A DNA stretch of 64,000 nt. Origin: Candidatus Bathyarchaeota archaeon. GTDB lineage: Archaea > Thermoproteota > Bathyarchaeia > Bathyarchaeales > Bathycorpusculaceae. The position numbers and the translations under genes are program-made. This document shows positions 60,948 through 64,000 of the stretch, in pieces. The stretch spans positions 96,001 through 160,000 of the forward strand of contig CAVYHV010000014.1 in NCBI GenBank assembly GCA_963768425.1. Direction: 5' to 3'. The notes below the pieces were generated by a model. It was given only the letters and a program-made list of their open reading frames with translations. It did no database searches and was not told the origin of the DNA. Each line of letters begins with the position of its first letter. Position 1 is the first letter of the stretch.

Positions 60948-63900
60948 GCAACGGTAACGACGCCTTCTTTGATTATGAGTTTTCTGTCCCTGACGAGTCG
61001 CCTAAGGATTTCGGTAAACACGTCTGGAACACTTTCAGCTGAATGGTTAAGCCCAAAAACCCTTGCGGTCTCCCAAATCAGCGATTCTTGGCTAATCCCC
61101 AACGCGTAACGTGTGACGAGCAACATTGCGGATTCGACTTCTTCAGGTGGAATGTATTCGGCTCTGCGTTTTGACTCAGGAATGCCTTGTACTGGAACCC
61201 GAATCGGGGTTTCTTTCAGATTGGGTGACCAAAGGAAGCTGCCTTTAAGCACCACTTTTTGTTCCTTCAGCAGATTGCTTAGTGCTCCTTTTACAGAGTG
61301 AGTTATCTGCGGCGTCACCTGTTTTATTCCCCATGCAGCTGCTAAACGCTCCACGGCGTAATCAAAGTGAACGGGTCCTTCATTTTGGACGAGTTCAATG
61401 AGGAGTTTGGTTTGGTTTTCTCGGTTTTCTGGAAAGTGAAACTGGTTCTTCTGTTTCGAATCCATTGAGCCGTTCGTTGAAGCGACTTTAATATACGGGT
61501 TAAATGAAGCTTTGAGAGGGTAGATTTTGTAGGGGATACCGATTTTTTCTATGCCTGCAAACTCGATTTTCTGCACGTCGGTCCTTGGTGCCATACCTTC
61601 TTTTACTTCAATTACTGGTTTTTGCGTCTCTTTGTCAAGCTGCTGTTTGCTGGCTTGCTCCAAGTTTTCTTTTAGCCGTCGGATTTCTGAGTCGCGTCTT
61701 GCAACCCAAGCCGGAGACCAAACACGGTGAATACGCCAGCCCAGTTGTCTTAGGACTTGTTCGCGGAGACGATCTCTGTCTCGTGCACTGCTGCTTGATT
61801 TGTATGAAACTCCGTCGCACTCTACGCCGAGCAAAAAGTTTCCTGGGTTAACTGGGTCGACTACACCGATGTCTATTCTGTAGCCGCTGCATCCTACTTG
61901 CGGGACAACTTCGTAACCCATCTTCTTGATTTCCGCAGCCACATCCTCGTCAAGAGCTGATTCAAACTCTCCTTCTCGGGCCTTAACCGACTCCAACGTT
62001 TCAGGTCCGTGCTCTGCGTAGTCAAGGTAGTACCGTAGGGTTTGGACGCCGACTGCTTTAGTTTCAGGGTCAACGTCGGTAGCTTTGATGGAGGCTACTA
62101 GAACGACTTTTTCTCGGGCTCTTGTGACTGCAACGTTCAAGCGTCGCTCTCCACCGGGTTTGTTGAGCGGACCGAAGTTCATCGCCATTTGCCTTTGATC
62201 GTCGTAGCCGTAGCCGACGCTGAAGAAGATTACGTCCCGCTCGTCGCCTTGAACGTTCTCCAAGTTTTTGACGAAGAAGCCTTCCAAACGGTCTTCTTTA
62301 AAGAAAGATTCGAAGTTGGGTTGCTCTTTAAGTCGACGATCTATAGCGTCTTCAACAGTTTCCATCTGGGCTATGCTGAAGGTCACAACGCCAAGGGTTT
62401 TCTTTGGGTAAAGTCTGAAATGTTCGAAAACAAGGTCCGCTACTTTTTCTGCTTCTTTAAGGTTGTTTCTTTTACCACCTCGGTCGTAGATGCCGTCTGG
62501 GACATAAACCAGCTTAACGCCTAAAGTATCAACTTGGGCTTGCGCAGCTGGGAAAGTTACAAGGGTATCATCGTAGAAACGATAGTTCGAAAACGCAATT
62601 AGACTTTCATGCTTGCTGCGGTAATGCCAGCGTAATGTTTTTACTGGTAGCCCTATGCCGAGGCACTCATCAAGTATGCTTTCGAAGATTTCTACGTCTT
62701 CGTCGCTGAGTTCATCCCAATCTACATCGTCAATCAGGCTTTTCTGGAAGAAAGATGTGGGCGGCAACTGCTTGTTATCGCCTGCGACAACCAGTGTTTT
62801 TCCGCGGTAAATTGAGCCGATGGCGTCTTCGGGAACAATTTGGGAAGCCTCGTCGAATAGGACGAGGTCGAATTTGCTGTCAGGCGGGAGGAATTGGCTG
62901 ACGCTTATGGGACTCATCAGTAAGCAGGGTTTCAGTTTGACGAGCAAGTTGGGGATTTTTTGGAAGAGCACTCGAATCGGCATAAGCTGCCTCTTTTTGG
63001 CGGCTTCTTTCTGAAGAATTGCAGCCTCCGTGTCGGCTGCTTGAATTAGAATGTCTTGGGGTTTACGGCTGTTTGCCTTTTCGATGACCATGCTGGAGCT
63101 CAGTCTGATGAGGCTCTGGTCGAGTTTTTTGAAGTCTGCGATTAACTGCTCATGGTTTTCCCATCTGAACCTGCCCAACGCAAGATCTTCATTGTATAAG
63201 GTGTTGATCCATTCTTGGTAAACTCCTTTGCGGAATACATCAATTAAATCCGCTGCCGGAAGTTTCTGTTCAGCAAGGCGATTAAAGAAAGGTTCTAAGC
63301 CTCGGAGGGCAAAGCGGTTTTTGATGTCTTTGAAGTCAACCCAAACTTGAATGTCGTCAACATGGTCGCGGAGAGTTTGGATGCGTTCGCCGATAACATT
63401 TATTTTCAAATCCTTTAGAAACTGGTTTTGGTACTTCATCGGCGACTCGAAACGAGCCTCGAAGCCACTTAGAACTTTCAAGGAAGCATCCCGTTTTTCG
63501 ATCAACTCAGTGTTGGATGGAGCTGCTGAGGGACCTTGAGCTGCGATTTGTGCGAAAGCTTCGGGAACCGCAATGTCCTGGAAAGCTGCCTGTACTTTTT
63601 GTGCCCATTCTAGAACAGTAACGATGTCTTGCCAGTTTGTTTCAAGTTCGTTGAAGCGTGAGCCGAATTTTTCGTGAAGCTGCACTTTTTCCCCGACGAT
63701 AGCGGTTTCTTTCTTGCGTACGTCTTCGGCGTTTTTGAGGTCTTCCAATAACTGCTTGTAGCTTTTGGGTTCCTCTTTAGATGTGGCAAGGGCATCCTTT
63801 GTTAACTCGCATAGTGAGCTCAATTGTTTTTCTGTTTCGCTAGCCCATTCTTCAATCAGCGACAAAGGTGTTTGCGTGAGTGTGGTTGTTGATTTTGGAA

Positions 63901-64000
63901 CGTTTGATGGTGTGAACAATTGATGGTCGTTGAGCTGTTGCTCCCATTTGCCTGTGGATTCCTGAAGCTCCAACCCCAAATTCTTAATCATGGGGGATGG
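60944..64000 (-). CDS. SF1 (Dna2/Upf1-like) helicase with Vsr-like nuclease and DUF3320-like C-terminus; 5' end beyond window
   Basis: LMSPISVSQFL, FDEASQ, GDNKQLPPT, HYRS, ENVQGDERD, RRLNVAVTRAR, ID.G...GVECDG..Y...RDRDRLR..L..LGW; frame open to the window edge. Confidence 0.9.
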   Translation of the reverse strand, partial: PSPMIKNLGLELQESTGKWEQQLNDHQLFTPSNVPKSTTTLTQTPLSLIEEWASETEKQLSSLCELTKDALATSKEEPKSYKQLLEDLKNAEDVRKKETAIVGEKVQLHEKFGSRFNELETNWQDIVTVLEWAQKVQAAFQDIAVPEAFAQIAAQGPSAAPSNTELIEKRDASLKVLSGFEARFESPMKYQNQFLKDLKINVIGERIQTLRDHVDDIQVWVDFKDIKNRFALRGLEPFFNRLAEQKLPAADLIDVFRKGVYQEWINTLYNEDLALGRFRWENHEQLIADFKKLDQSLIRLSSSMVIEKANSRKPQDILIQAADTEAAILQKEAAKKRQLMPIRVLFQKIPNLLVKLKPCLLMSPISVSQFLPPDSKFDLVLFDEASQIVPEDAIGSIYRGKTLVVAGDNKQLPPTSFFQKSLIDDVDWDELSDEDVEIFESILDECLGIGLPVKTLRWHYRSKHESLIAFSNYRFYDDTLVTFPAAQAQVDTLGVKLVYVPDGIYDRGGKRNNLKEAEKVADLVFEHFRLYPKKTLGVVTFSIAQMETVEDAIDRRLKEQPNFESFFKEDRLEGFFVKNLENVQGDERDVIFFSVGYGYDDQRQMAMNFGPLNKPGGERRLNVAVTRAREKVVLVASIKATDVDPETKAVGVQTLRYYLDYAEHGPETLESVKAREGEFESALDEDVAAEIKKMGYEVVPQVGCSGYRIDIGVVDPVNPGNFLLGVECDGVSYKSSSSARDRDRLREQVLRQLGWRIHRVWSPAWVARRDSEIRRLKENLEQASKQQLDKETQKPVIEVKEGMAPRTDVQKIEFAGIEKIGIPYKIYPLKASFNPYIKVASTNGSMDSKQKNQFHFPENRENQTKLLIELVQNEGPVHFDYAVERLAAAWGIKQVTPQITHSVKGALSNLLKEQKVVLKGSFLWSPNLKETPIRVPVQGIPESKRRAEYIPPEEVESAMLLVTRYALGISQESLIWETARVFGLNHSAESVPDVFTEILRRLVRDRKLIIKEGVVTVA

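Overview
Archaeal chromosomal window. The markers are aIF-6, 50S protein LX/L18a, prefoldin alpha, FtsY, Rpo5 and BRE/TATA-type promoters. The long Rpo5, frequent TTG starts and gene content suggest Bathyarchaeia, which is inferred and not tested. Most genes are metabolic or housekeeping: agmatine deiminase pathway, a TPP-riboswitch thiamine operon, tungsten AOR with ferredoxin and MoaD, IorAB with phenylacetate-CoA ligase, MetRS, hcp, TupABC with ModE, a PAS-kinase cluster, and a truncated Hhe-like SF1 helicase-nuclease. About eight genes, including essential metG, carry 1-nt indels. These look like assembly errors rather than pseudogenes. Notable signals are: (1) an archaeal TPP riboswitch whose P1 covers the SD, upstream of a thiamine operon with two unexplained enzymes; (2) a 24-bp ModE-type palindrome at both the tup and aor promoters, 35 kb apart; (3) IorA with an inserted polyferredoxin paralogous to the AOR partner; (4) two unannotated minus-strand hairpin RNAs sharing ACCUACCUC; (5) a 17-aa PAKK micropeptide gene; (6) helically phased intergenic repeats. 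No rRNA, tRNA, CRISPR array or transposase was seen.
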